From contig CALSSD010000002.1 of assembly GCA_943788915.1 (NCBI GenBank), positions 1-60,264 of the forward strand: a stretch of 60,264 bases of DNA, in the 5' to 3' direction. Source of the stretch: an uncultured Acidimicrobiales bacterium (lineage in GTDB: Bacteria > Actinomycetota > Acidimicrobiia > Acidimicrobiales > UBA10347). The position numbers and the translations under genes were made by a program. The notes below the pieces were generated by a model. That model was given only the letters and a program-made list of their open reading frames with translations, was not told the DNA's origin and ran no database searches. Positions 39,045-48,705 of this stretch are shown piece after piece (positions within the stretch are counted from its first letter, which is position 1; each line of letters begins with the position of its first letter).

Positions 39045-39820
39045 TTGCCAAGACTTTTAGCGCTGCAAAGTACGCCTTACTCTGTTTCCGACGTAACCCT
39101 GCTGCGACCTTCTTCACCGTGGTGTTCCCCGTCATGTTCCTGGTGATCTTCGGGTTCGTTTTTGGCAATGAGAACATCGAGAGTGACGGCAACACGGTCA
39201 AGGTGGCCACGTTCATCGTGCCTGGCATCTTGACCCTCTCGATCGTGTCGGCGACCTTCGTGAACCTGGCAATGGGTCAGGTCTTTCGCCGCGAGTTCGG
39301 CCAGTTGAAGCGGTTGCGGGGCACACCTCTGTCGCCTCTCGCGTACATGATCGGCCAGATCCTGGCTTCGCTCGTGATCGTGGTCTTCATGACGATTCTC
39401 GTCACCATCATCGGGCGCGTGTTCTTCGGCGTCACGTTCAACCTCAGCTCGATTGGCGTCTTTGCCCTGAGTGTCGGAATTGGTTCGACGGCGTTCTCGG
39501 CGCTCGGGCTCGCGGTAACAGCAATCATTCCAAACCAGGATTCAGCCCCGGCGTTCACCAATGCCATGGTTTTCCCGCTGTACTTCGTCTCCGATGTGTT
39601 CTTTTTCTCGGAAGAGGAAAGCACCGGCTTCTTCAGCAAGGTTGGCGACGTCTTCCCCATCAAGCCGTTGAACGAGAGCCTGCGCGATTCCTACAACCCG
39701 TTCATCGAGTCAGTCTCGGTCCCGTGGAGCAAGTGGGCCGTGGTCGCGGCATGGGGCCTCTTCGGCGTTCTCGCAGCCGCCAAGTTCTTCAAGTGGACGC
39801 CCCAAACCGAACGACGCTGA
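39041..39820 (+). CDS. ABC-2 type exporter permease
   Basis: RNPAATFFTVVFP, RREFGQLKRLRGTPL, six TM helices; coupled to the ATPase. Confidence 0.92.
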   Translation: MIAKTFSAAKYALLCFRRNPAATFFTVVFPVMFLVIFGFVFGNENIESDGNTVKVATFIVPGILTLSIVSATFVNLAMGQVFRREFGQLKRLRGTPLSPLAYMIGQILASLVIVVFMTILVTIIGRVFFGVTFNLSSIGVFALSVGIGSTAFSALGLAVTAIIPNQDSAPAFTNAMVFPLYFVSDVFFFSEEESTGFFSKVGDVFPIKPLNESLRDSYNPFIESVSVPWSKWAVVAAWGLFGVLAAAKFFKWTPQTERR

Positions 39821-39860
39821 CCCGACGACGCTAAACAAACGTCGCTAAACAGACGCGCCG

Positions 39861-40919
39861 TTAGTCGAGTTGGTTGGCATCGGTTTCGCGTTGGGCATGA
39901 ATCTCGGCGCCCAGCAACACCACAAACGCGGTGATGAAGAGCCACAGCAACAAGATCACGATGCCACCGATGCTGCCGTAGGTTTCGTTGTAACTACCAA
40001 CGGTCGAGGTGTAGATCGTGAATAGAGCGGACAGTGCGATCCACAGCGCCATGGCGACAGCTGCGCCTGCGGTGACGGGGCGGTACCTGGTCCGTCGATT
40101 CGGGCCCACGTGATAGAGCACGCCAAGCGCAATGACCATAACGAGTCCGAGCACCGGGAATCGTATCCAGACCAGGAGTCGGGCTGCACTGTCCCCTACT
40201 GAATCAATCGAGCTGAGGAGTGGTGGCAACGCCGCAAGCAGGAAGATGGCGCTTGAGATGAAGCCGATGCCACCGAGCGTCAGTCCAATCGCGGTGCCCC
40301 GCAGTTTGAGAAAGTTCCGGGACTCGACGCTGCCATAGATCGTGTTGAGTGCACCCATAAGTTTGGCCATGGCCCCAGAGGCAGTCCAGAACGCAAGGAG
40401 TAGTCCGACGATGAGCCCAAGGATCAGGCCACCGGTGCTACCCCCAGAAACGCTCTCGAGCTGCTCGCTGATGATTGCCTGTGCTTCTTCAGGAAGGCCC
40501 GAGAGATTGTCTTCGACCTGTTGCGTGACCGTGTCGGGGTCAAGCAGGAGGCCAGCGACAGAGACGAGGGCGAACAACGTAGCCGGTATCGCAAGCAGGC
40601 CCCAGAAGGCAATACCTGCAGCGACCACCACCAAGTTGTGGTTCTTGACTCGTTTACCCAGTTCCCTCAGTAGTCCAAGGAATGCCTTTGGTGTGGTCGG
40701 CGTGACGTCGATTTCGCTGAATGCATCATCAGTCGCGTCGGCCGTGTCCACGTCGGTATCGACGGGTGTCGTCGCTGACTCGGCAAGTGAACGTGTCTCG
40801 TCAGGAAAGTTAGCGTCGAGCCAGCGTGCGGCTGGACGAGCGATCTTTGGCCCAAAAACATCACGACCAAACCGGCTGTCGCGAAGCCGATCTGTCAATT
40901 CCTCGCCCAACGATGGCAT
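39861..40919 (-). CDS. YihY/BrkB family membrane protein
   Basis: AAGIAFWGLLAIP, ALNTIYG, YNETYGSIGGIVILLLWLF, LLGAEI; start uncertain. Confidence 0.9.
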   Translation of the reverse strand: MPSLGEELTDRLRDSRFGRDVFGPKIARPAARWLDANFPDETRSLAESATTPVDTDVDTADATDDAFSEIDVTPTTPKAFLGLLRELGKRVKNHNLVVVAAGIAFWGLLAIPATLFALVSVAGLLLDPDTVTQQVEDNLSGLPEEAQAIISEQLESVSGGSTGGLILGLIVGLLLAFWTASGAMAKLMGALNTIYGSVESRNFLKLRGTAIGLTLGGIGFISSAIFLLAALPPLLSSIDSVGDSAARLLVWIRFPVLGLVMVIALGVLYHVGPNRRTRYRPVTAGAAVAMALWIALSALFTIYTSTVGSYNETYGSIGGIVILLLWLFITAFVVLLGAEIHAQRETDANQLD

Positions 40920-41033
40920 GGAGCGCACGATATCCATCGACGTGTTCAGAGAACCGCTCGTGTTCCACAACCTGCGGTTCGGGAAACATGCGCACTCAGC
41001 CATCGCCCAAGGCTCGATGAGGCACACTTGTCC

Positions 41034-41399
41034 ATGGCCAAATCAGAACTCGACCGTGTACGCGAGATCGTTATGGCGTTTCCCGAGGTCAGCGAACGGC
41101 TGAGCCATGGCGCACCGTCGTTCTTCATCCGTGAGAAGAAGACACTTTGCAATCTACACAGCGATCATCACGGCGACAGGCGTCTTGCACTGTGGGTCCC
41201 CGCTCCTCCGGGGGTACAAGAGGAACTCACTGGCCTGGAACCAGATCGGTTCTTCGTTCCGCCGTACGTTGGCCACCGTGGTTGGCTCGGCGTGACGCTC
41301 AACGTCGATCCAGATTGGGACGAAATTGCTGGAATCATCGACGATGCCTACCGTCTTGTTGCCCCAAAGACGTTGGTGCAAAGACTCGAAGAGCTCTGA
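41034..41399 (+). CDS. MmcQ/YjbR family protein
   Basis: SHGAPSF, RFFVPPYVGHRGWLGV, DWDEI...AYRLVAPK. Confidence 0.9.
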   Translation: MAKSELDRVREIVMAFPEVSERLSHGAPSFFIREKKTLCNLHSDHHGDRRLALWVPAPPGVQEELTGLEPDRFFVPPYVGHRGWLGVTLNVDPDWDEIAGIIDDAYRLVAPKTLVQRLEEL

Positions 41400-41636
41400 A
41401 GTGCAACGACCCAAAGAGCTTCGCGATGTTGCCGCGCTCGCGGGTCAGTATGGTGCGCTGATCGACGGCGAACCGCCGGTGACTCGTGGAAGCGTCGTGG
41501 GCCCTCTCACACCCGCCGCCGCATCGACGTCATTCCCACCTAGGCGCAGGTTTTCTGCCGGTCATTGGACCCGAGAGATCGCAACCGATCGACCGCGACG
41601 CCTATCGTCGTACCGCACCCAAGAACTGGACGAAGA

Positions 41637-43076
41637 ATGAGCTACCTCTCTGTCGACGATTCCGTCACGGCAACAGTCACCGCCGCCGTTGCTCGAGCAC
41701 GCGCTGCCCAACAGGCCATCGAAGGCTGGAATCAACAGCAGGTCGACGATGCCGTCACCGCTATTGCCTATGCCACCACACGGCCCGACGTCGTCGAACG
41801 GCTGGCCAATCTTGCCGCTGAGCAAAGCGGTTTGGGCAACGCCGCAGACAAAGCCACCAAGATCATGCGCAAGACCTTAGGCACCTTGTCCGATCTCAAA
41901 GACGCACCTTCGGTCGGCGTAATCGACATTGACGAGGCCCGGGGTGTGACCACCATCGCCAAACCAATGGGTGTGATTGCGTGCATCCTTCCGTCGACAA
42001 ATCCTGGTGCTACTCCGATCAACAACATGATGATCACGCTCAAGGGTCGTAATGCTGTCCTCCTAGCCCCCCATCCTCGGGGCGAAGCCACCTGCGCCGA
42101 GTCCGTGCGTATAGCTCGAGCCGAGCTCGCCAAACTTGGTGCTCCCGAAGACCTCGTTCAGCTTGTAAGCGTGGCTGGCGAGAACAAGGAAGCCGGCAAG
42201 GCTATTGCTGCTGAGCTGCTCTCACAGGTCGACTACTCGCTCGTGACGGCCGGACCGGCCAACGTGGATATGGCCTACCGGGTTGGCACGCCATCACACG
42301 GGGTTGGTGTCGGCAATGCGCCCGTCATCATCGACGAGACCGCCGACCTCGACGCGGCCATACCCAAGATCGTTGCCAGCAAGACCTTCGACCATGCGAC
42401 CAGCTGCTCGTCAGAAAACGCACTGGTTATCGACGACTCGATCTACGACTCGGTCATGGCCAAGTTGCAGGACCATGGCGGTTGGCTGGTGCCCGCTGCT
42501 CAGAAGGATCAGCTCCAGCAGGCCATGTGGCCGGGCGGGAATCTGAACCGCCAGGTCGTTGCCCAACCCGCGAGCCGCATCGCCGAGGTCGCTGGTTTCG
42601 ACGACGACGCAGCGCACGCTTCTACGTTCCTCATTGTCGAGGAGACCGGCATCGGCGAAGACCACCCGTTCTCGGGCGAGAAGCTCTCGGTCGTGTTGTC
42701 CGTGTACCGGGCCAGTGACTTCGATCATGCGCTCGACACGGTCGAGCAGATCCTTGGATACATGGGCGAAGGCCACTCATGCGGCATCCACTCCGAGATC
42801 GACGAGCGCGTCGAACGTCTGGCCGAACGTGCCCGGGTGTCAACCGTGCTGGTCAACCAGCCCCACGCATATAACAACGGTGGCAGCTTCGACAACGGGC
42901 TCGACTTCACCCTGTCTATGGGTGCTGGCACCTGGGGCGACAACGACACATGCGAGAACCTGACCTACAAACACTTCCTGAACTACACCTACCTCGCCCG
43001 TCTGATCCCGAGCAACGAGCCGACCGAAGAAGAACTCTTCGGCGACTTCCTTGCCCGCACGGACCGAGCAGGCTGA
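41637..43076 (+). CDS. sauS: CoA-acylating aldehyde dehydrogenase, sulfoacetaldehyde dehydrogenase (SauS)-like
   Basis: RKTLGTLSDL, PSTNPGATP, catalytic loop SKTFDHATSCSSEN (not the generic ICASEQ), FSGEKLS, GHSCGIHS, GGSFDNGL..TLSMG.GTWG. Confidence 0.72.
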   Translation: MSYLSVDDSVTATVTAAVARARAAQQAIEGWNQQQVDDAVTAIAYATTRPDVVERLANLAAEQSGLGNAADKATKIMRKTLGTLSDLKDAPSVGVIDIDEARGVTTIAKPMGVIACILPSTNPGATPINNMMITLKGRNAVLLAPHPRGEATCAESVRIARAELAKLGAPEDLVQLVSVAGENKEAGKAIAAELLSQVDYSLVTAGPANVDMAYRVGTPSHGVGVGNAPVIIDETADLDAAIPKIVASKTFDHATSCSSENALVIDDSIYDSVMAKLQDHGGWLVPAAQKDQLQQAMWPGGNLNRQVVAQPASRIAEVAGFDDDAAHASTFLIVEETGIGEDHPFSGEKLSVVLSVYRASDFDHALDTVEQILGYMGEGHSCGIHSEIDERVERLAERARVSTVLVNQPHAYNNGGSFDNGLDFTLSMGAGTWGDNDTCENLTYKHFLNYTYLARLIPSNEPTEEELFGDFLARTDRAG

Positions 43077-43077
43077 C

Positions 43078-44232
43078 GTGTTCGTCGAAGAACACGATGC
43101 CAAACAGCTCATCGCCACCGGCGGTGTCCCCATTCCAGACGGCCAGGTCGTCGCAACTCCCGACGCGGCCTATGGCGCTGCCAGCGAGATCGGCGGGCCG
43201 GTCATGGTCAAGGCCCAGGTACCAACTGGGAAACGAGGCAAAGGTGGCGGCATCGTCAAGTGCGACGACCCCACCCACGCCCGCGAAGCTGCCGAGCGAT
43301 TGTTGGGGTCCCAGCTCGGCGATTTCATGGTTGAACGGGTGCTCGTCGAAGGCTGTGCAGATATCTCTCGTGAGCTCTATGTCGCGGTGACGATCGACCC
43401 GGCAGCAGGTGGCCCGCTCCTCATGGTGTCGACCGAAGGTGGCATGGACATCGAAGAGGTGCACGCGACCTCACCCGACAAGATCCAGATGATCAATGTC
43501 GACATCGGCGCTGGTCTTGGCGCTGGACAGGCCATGGATATCGCTGTCTCGACCAACCTCGATCCAAGCACCCATGTCCCGCTTGCCGGCATGCTTCTCT
43601 CGCTCTACGGCTTGTTCCGCCAGTTCGACGCACAACTGCTCGAGATCAACCCACTCGCCCTCACGAACCAAGGCGAACTGATCGCGCTTGATTGCAAGCT
43701 CGTGATCGACGACAACGCGGTGTTCCGCCAACCTGCCGCCGGACCAGAACGCCCGATCGGCACACCGCTCGAGCTCGAGGCCAAGGAGCAAGACTTCTTG
43801 TTCGTCGAACTCGAAGGCGACGTGGGAGTACTCGCGAACGGCGCCGGGCTCACCATGTCCACCATGGATGCGGTAACTGCCCACGGTGGCAGCCCGGCCA
43901 ACTTCCTCGAAGTTGGCGGCATGGCGTACAAACGGGCGACCCCCGCATTGGCTCTGGTGCTGAAGAACCCAAACGTAAAGAGCCTGCTGGTCAACCTGTG
44001 CGGCGCCTACGCCAGAACCGACGTGATCGCCGAAGGTTTGATCGCTGGTTTCAAGGAACTAAAACCTGAACTCAACGTGTCGTTCTGCATCCATGGCACC
44101 GGCGAGGAACGGGCGCAACAACTCGTGCGCGACGAGCTTGGCATCGAACCCCACGAGACCATGGACGACGCGGTGCGCGAAGCCATCGCCAATGCTGCCC
44201 TCGCTGCAACCAACACCGGAGCGGCCCAATGA
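43078..44232 (+). CDS. ADP-forming acyl-CoA ligase beta subunit (SucC-like; candidate sulfoacetate-CoA ligase)
   Basis: VKAQVPTGKRGKGGG, EGGMDIE, EINPL, NGAGLTMSTMD, PANFLEVGG; divergent NLCGAYARTD. Confidence 0.85.
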   Translation: MFVEEHDAKQLIATGGVPIPDGQVVATPDAAYGAASEIGGPVMVKAQVPTGKRGKGGGIVKCDDPTHAREAAERLLGSQLGDFMVERVLVEGCADISRELYVAVTIDPAAGGPLLMVSTEGGMDIEEVHATSPDKIQMINVDIGAGLGAGQAMDIAVSTNLDPSTHVPLAGMLLSLYGLFRQFDAQLLEINPLALTNQGELIALDCKLVIDDNAVFRQPAAGPERPIGTPLELEAKEQDFLFVELEGDVGVLANGAGLTMSTMDAVTAHGGSPANFLEVGGMAYKRATPALALVLKNPNVKSLLVNLCGAYARTDVIAEGLIAGFKELKPELNVSFCIHGTGEERAQQLVRDELGIEPHETMDDAVREAIANAALAATNTGAAQ

Positions 44233-45095
44233 TCTCGTCGAAGCCCAACGTGCTGGTCCAAGGAATCACCGGCAGCGAAGGCACGTATTGGACCGAGCAG
44301 ATGTTGGCCAACGGCACGTCGGTGGTTGCTGGTTGCACCCCCGGCAAGGGAGGCCAAGAGGTCGCTGGCGTCCCGGTGTACTCGACGGTCGTCGATGCAC
44401 TGGAAGCACACCCCATCGATCTATCGGTCATCTTCGTTCCTGCCCGATTCGTTAAGGGCGCTGCATTCGAAGCCATAGAAGCTGGTGTGCGATCGGTAAT
44501 CGTGCTGGCCGAGTTTGTGCCCGTCCACGACACTATGGAAATCCTGGCGTTGGCTCGCCGGGCCGAGGCACGGTTGATCGGACCGAACTGTCCGGGCATC
44601 GTTTTCCCTGGCCGTGACTTCGTCGGCATCATGCCCGGCTGGTCGGATCGACTCTTCGCTCCAGGGCGCATCGGCGTCGTGTCTCGCAGTGGCAGCCTGG
44701 GCGCCTTAATCAATCTCAATCTCGTTGCTAGTGGTTTTGGGCAATCAGCGTTTCTTGGGCTGGGTGGCGATCCCATCGTTGGCACCACCTTCCGCGACGC
44801 GCTCGAATGGTTTGAGCAAGACCCAACCACTGACGCGGTCGTGTTACTCGGCGAAGTCGGTGGCCCGATGGAAGAGGAAGCCGCCGAGTTCATCCCGTCG
44901 ATGACCAAACCCGTGGTCGCGTTCATCGCTGGACAGAATGCACCCGAGGGCAAGAAGATGGGCCACGCTGGCGCCATGGTTTCTGGCGGCAAAGGCACCG
45001 CTGCTTCAAAGATGGAAGCACTCGACGCCGCCGGTGCCCACGTAGCCACGGTGCCATCCGACGTCGTCGAACTGTTGCGTGGTCTCACCACCTGA
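44229..45095 (+). CDS. ADP-forming acyl-CoA ligase alpha subunit (SucD-like)
   Basis: VQGITG, IGPNCPG, SRSGSL, GGDPIVG, GEVGG, phospho-His motif MGHAGA. Confidence 0.88.
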   Translation: MISSKPNVLVQGITGSEGTYWTEQMLANGTSVVAGCTPGKGGQEVAGVPVYSTVVDALEAHPIDLSVIFVPARFVKGAAFEAIEAGVRSVIVLAEFVPVHDTMEILALARRAEARLIGPNCPGIVFPGRDFVGIMPGWSDRLFAPGRIGVVSRSGSLGALINLNLVASGFGQSAFLGLGGDPIVGTTFRDALEWFEQDPTTDAVVLLGEVGGPMEEEAAEFIPSMTKPVVAFIAGQNAPEGKKMGHAGAMVSGGKGTAASKMEALDAAGAHVATVPSDVVELLRGLTT

Positions 45096-45127
45096 AAAGT
45101 TATGCTCCCCTGGGGACGTAACAATTC
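45093..45127 (+). repeat. REP-like palindrome copy 5 (dispersed, hybrid ends)
   Basis: TGAAAA-GTTATGCTCCCCTGGGGACGTAAC-AATTC; starts at the sucD-like TGA. Confidence 0.9.
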
Positions 45128-45179
45128 GTGTCGCCGTTGGACCTAGCTATTGAGAGCCGGTCAACAATACCCTGCAGTG

Positions 45180-46964
45180 GTGACTGACACGATGGATCTC
45201 GACGCGGTTCGGGCAAAGTACGACGAGGAACGAGAGAAGCGGCTTCGGGCTGACGGTAACGAGCAGTACATCGAACCGGTTGGCGAATTTGCCCACTACC
45301 TCGACGACCCGTACGTGCCGGTTGCGCCCCGAGAACCGCTCACCGACGACGTCGAGTTTGTCTTCATTGGCGGCGGTTTTGCGGGGCTGGTCACCGGGGC
45401 TCGGCTCAAAGAAGCGGGCATCGACGACGTGCGCATCATTGAAAAGGGCGGCGACTTCGGGGGCACCTGGTACTGGAATCGATACCCCGGCGCCATGTGC
45501 GATACGGCCGCATTCATCTACATGCCGCTGCTCGAAGAAACCGGCCATATGCCGTCGCGCAAGTACACCCGGGCGCCCGAAATCCTGGAACACTCTCAGC
45601 GCATTGGCCGCCACTATGACCTCTACGACAACGCTGTGTTCTCAACCGAGGTCACCGACCTCACGTGGGACCAGGATGCACAACACTGGATCATCCGCAC
45701 CAACCGTGGCGACCAGATGCGGGCCAAGTTCGTGGCGATGGGAACAGGACCACTCCATCGACCCAAGCTGCCAGGGATCGAAGGCATCGAGTCCTTTGCT
45801 GGCCATAGCTTCCACACCAGTCGTTGGGATTATGACTACACCGGTGGCGATCCGTCTGGCGCTCCCCTGTCGAACCTGGCCAACAAACGAGTCGGCATTA
45901 TCGGCACAGGCGCGACCTCCGTGCAGTGCATTCCTCATCTCGCCGCCAGCGCAGGCGAACTGTTCGTGTTTCAACGCACGCCGTCGTCCATCGACATCCG
46001 CAACAATGAGGACACCGATCCTGAATGGTTTGCCGACCTCAAGCCTGGTTGGCAACAGGAATGGTTGGTCAACTTCACCACGTTGCAGACCGGCGGTTTC
46101 ACCGACGAAGACTTGGTGAAAGACGGATGGACCGACATCTCTCAGCGCATCCGGGATCGGGTGTTGGCCAATGGCGACTTCTCGCCCGAGGGCATGACCC
46201 AGGCGTACCACGACAGCGACGACGAGAAGATGGAAGAGATCCGAGCCCGGGTAGATGCCGTCGTACACGACGAGGCCACCGCCGAGGCGCTGAAGCCGTG
46301 GTACCGCCAGCTCTGCAAACGTCCATGTTTCCATGACGAATATCTGGACTCGTTCAACCGCGAAAGCGTGCACCTGATCGACACCGATGGCCAAGGCGTG
46401 AACCGGATCGACGAGACCGGTGTCTTCGTGGGCGATGAACACTACGAACTCGACTGCCTGATCTATGCGTCGGGTTTCGAAGTCGGCACGTCATACGAAC
46501 GGCGCAGCGGATTCGATGCTGTCGGGCGAAACGGCCAGCCACTTTCGGAGGCCTGGGCCGACGGCATGACTAGCTTGCACGGCGTGCACGTGCATGGTTT
46601 CCCCAACATGTTCGTGGTTGGCCCCAACCAGGGTGCCAACCTGATCTCGAACGTGCCTCACAATCTGACCGAACGTGGGCGCACCATTGCGGCGATCGTC
46701 AGACACGCCGTCGACACCAACGCCGCCGAAGTCGAAACCACGGCTCATGCCCAGGGCGAGTGGGTGGCCATGCTTGAGTCAGGGGGCCGTAGCTTCGGAA
46801 ACGATCCCAGCTGCACGCCGGGCTACTACAACAACGAGGGAAAACTCGACGATGGCGCTGGCAGCCGCAATTTCCTGGGTTACCCCGATGGGCCCGTCGC
46901 GTACTTCGAGTACATCGACGGCTGGCGAAACTCGGGCGACTTCGACGGCCTCGAATTCCGCTAG
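45180..46964 (+). CDS. Type I Baeyer-Villiger monooxygenase (long N-terminus, PtlE/cyclopentadecanone-like clade)
   Basis: KYDEEREKRLR, GGGFAG, GGTWYWNRYPG, FAGHSFHTSRWD, CKRPCFHD, CTPGYYNNEG. Confidence 0.93.
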   Translation: MTDTMDLDAVRAKYDEEREKRLRADGNEQYIEPVGEFAHYLDDPYVPVAPREPLTDDVEFVFIGGGFAGLVTGARLKEAGIDDVRIIEKGGDFGGTWYWNRYPGAMCDTAAFIYMPLLEETGHMPSRKYTRAPEILEHSQRIGRHYDLYDNAVFSTEVTDLTWDQDAQHWIIRTNRGDQMRAKFVAMGTGPLHRPKLPGIEGIESFAGHSFHTSRWDYDYTGGDPSGAPLSNLANKRVGIIGTGATSVQCIPHLAASAGELFVFQRTPSSIDIRNNEDTDPEWFADLKPGWQQEWLVNFTTLQTGGFTDEDLVKDGWTDISQRIRDRVLANGDFSPEGMTQAYHDSDDEKMEEIRARVDAVVHDEATAEALKPWYRQLCKRPCFHDEYLDSFNRESVHLIDTDGQGVNRIDETGVFVGDEHYELDCLIYASGFEVGTSYERRSGFDAVGRNGQPLSEAWADGMTSLHGVHVHGFPNMFVVGPNQGANLISNVPHNLTERGRTIAAIVRHAVDTNAAEVETTAHAQGEWVAMLESGGRSFGNDPSCTPGYYNNEGKLDDGAGSRNFLGYPDGPVAYFEYIDGWRNSGDFDGLEFR

Positions 46965-47086
46965 AGGCTGCTTCCTCATACGGATGGCCCCTGCGGATGG
47001 CCATTGCGGATGGCCTGCCCCGTGCCCTAAACGACGTGTGTCGGGTGTGAGTCGCCGAGTTTTCGATGCGCCTGAGCGACATTTGA

Positions 47087-47203
47087 CAGCAGTGCTACCT
47101 CACCAAGACAATCTCCGGCTCTGAGAGCGGCCACATAATCGACTTTGCGCCACACGCTGGCGTGTTCATCGAAGACCGTGCCGATGGTGGCACCAAAGTC
47201 CCC
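47087..47203 (-). pseudogene. Degraded remnant of a cyclic-nucleotide-binding domain
   Basis: GDFGATIGTVFDEHASVWRKVDYVAALRAGDCLGEVALL follows the cNMP 'VA.L..GD.FGE.ALL' pattern; flanks are not protein-like. Confidence 0.4.
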
Positions 47204-47440
47204 CGGAGCAGCACATCGTTGCCGTCGGCCGCCGTCATAGGCACACGTTGACCACCAAGCTGTAGCACACGGGCGTTGCTCGTCTCGGATCAGTCCTTGC
47301 GGTGCTGCAAACGCTTGTTTTAGGTGGCTGTTGGACACTGGCTGGACGGGCCTCTCGTTGGGGCCCGGATCGTTACTAGTGCGACAATCTTGGCGTGTTG
47401 TCCTCATCACCCCGGCAACTGAACCCTCTCGCACACACGA

Positions 47441-48661
47441 TCAATGGGGTTTAGACGTCAACAATCCTCGGTCCACCAGGTCGGCAATCTGGTCGTCGCT
47501 CATGCCAAGCAAACTTTGCAGCACTTCGGCGTTGTGTTCACCCAGCGCTGCGGTGTGGTGCTCATCAGGAGGCAGCTCATCACTGCTACGGAATGGGAAA
47601 CCCGGGATCGTGACATCGCCAGCCAGCGGATCATGCACGGTCCGAACAGTCCCTCGTTCGATGAAGTGCGGGTGGGCAACCGCCTGTTCGATCGTGAGTG
47701 CTGGGCCGTGTGGCACCCGAGCCTCTGTCAATGCAGCAATGACTGCTTCGTCGGTTCCAAGATTTGCCATCCACGACTCAATGATGTCGGTCAGCGCCTG
47801 ACGGTTCTCAAGCCGCGTCGGGTTGTTGCGGAATCGTTCGTCGTTCGCTAGTTCGGGTTGCCCTAACGCGTTCCACAGGTTTGGCATCTGTTGTTCGGTA
47901 CACAAGATGATGATCCAGCCGTCGGGGCTCTTAAACGAACCTGCCGGGGCTAACGAGTTGAAGTTGCGGCCTTGTCGGATGGCCTCAGGCGCTTTAGGGT
48001 CGTCCATCGAAACCGTGGTGACGGCCGTGTCGTGCATATGGAACAACGCATCGACCATCGCAATGTCGAGATGTGTGCCCCGGCCAGTCCGTTCCCGGTG
48101 GAACAGCGCATGACCAATCGCTCCAAACGCGTGGACACCTGCGTTGGTATCAGCCATGCCAAGGCCGACGAAGGTCGGCGGGCCATCAGGTTCGCCGGTC
48201 ATGTGCATAATGCCAGCTGTTGCCTGGGCGATGAGATCGAAGCACGGGCGGTCCGAGAATGGACCCGTTTGACCGAACCCTGAGATCGACGCCATGACCA
48301 GATCCGGTTTGATCTGGGAGAGCGCTGCATACCCAAGGTCTCTGCGGTCGAGCACACCAGGGCTGAAGTTCTCGACCACGACGTCCACGTGTGGAACGAG
48401 ATCACGGATGATCTGCTGTCCTTCGCTCGTGAAAATGTCCAGGCATACACTTCGTTTGCCACGGTTCTGCTGGATGTGTAGCCCCGAGCGTTTGTTGATC
48501 CGAGGTGCGCCTGCCCGATTCGGATCGCCATAAGGCGGCTGTTCGATCTTGATGACGTCGGCACCAAGCTCGACGAGTAGCCGGGTACACGAGGGTCCCG
48601 CCAGATAACGAGTCAGGTCCAAGACCGTGACGCCTTCGAGCCAACGCTGTTCAGTAGCCAT
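47441..48661 (-). CDS. Class III CoA-transferase (CaiB/BaiF family)
   Basis: DLTRYLAGP, LGADVIKIE, NRGKRS, VVENFSPG, ISGFGQTGP. Confidence 0.93.
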   Translation of the reverse strand: MATEQRWLEGVTVLDLTRYLAGPSCTRLLVELGADVIKIEQPPYGDPNRAGAPRINKRSGLHIQQNRGKRSVCLDIFTSEGQQIIRDLVPHVDVVVENFSPGVLDRRDLGYAALSQIKPDLVMASISGFGQTGPFSDRPCFDLIAQATAGIMHMTGEPDGPPTFVGLGMADTNAGVHAFGAIGHALFHRERTGRGTHLDIAMVDALFHMHDTAVTTVSMDDPKAPEAIRQGRNFNSLAPAGSFKSPDGWIIILCTEQQMPNLWNALGQPELANDERFRNNPTRLENRQALTDIIESWMANLGTDEAVIAALTEARVPHGPALTIEQAVAHPHFIERGTVRTVHDPLAGDVTIPGFPFRSSDELPPDEHHTAALGEHNAEVLQSLLGMSDDQIADLVDRGLLTSKPH

Positions 48662-48705
48662 CCACCAACTCTGCCACGCCGGGGCGCACTGGATTTAACC
48701 GCGCG

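Noticed and set aside
39827..39855. Short direct repeat CGCTAAACA x2 between convergent genes
   Set aside because: Only two 9-bp copies and not seen elsewhere; compatible with a local duplication
43078..45095. Housekeeping TCA sucCD
   Set aside because: Substrate-site motifs diverge and the genes are coupled to an acylating aldehyde dehydrogenase; cannot be fully excluded without the rest of the genome
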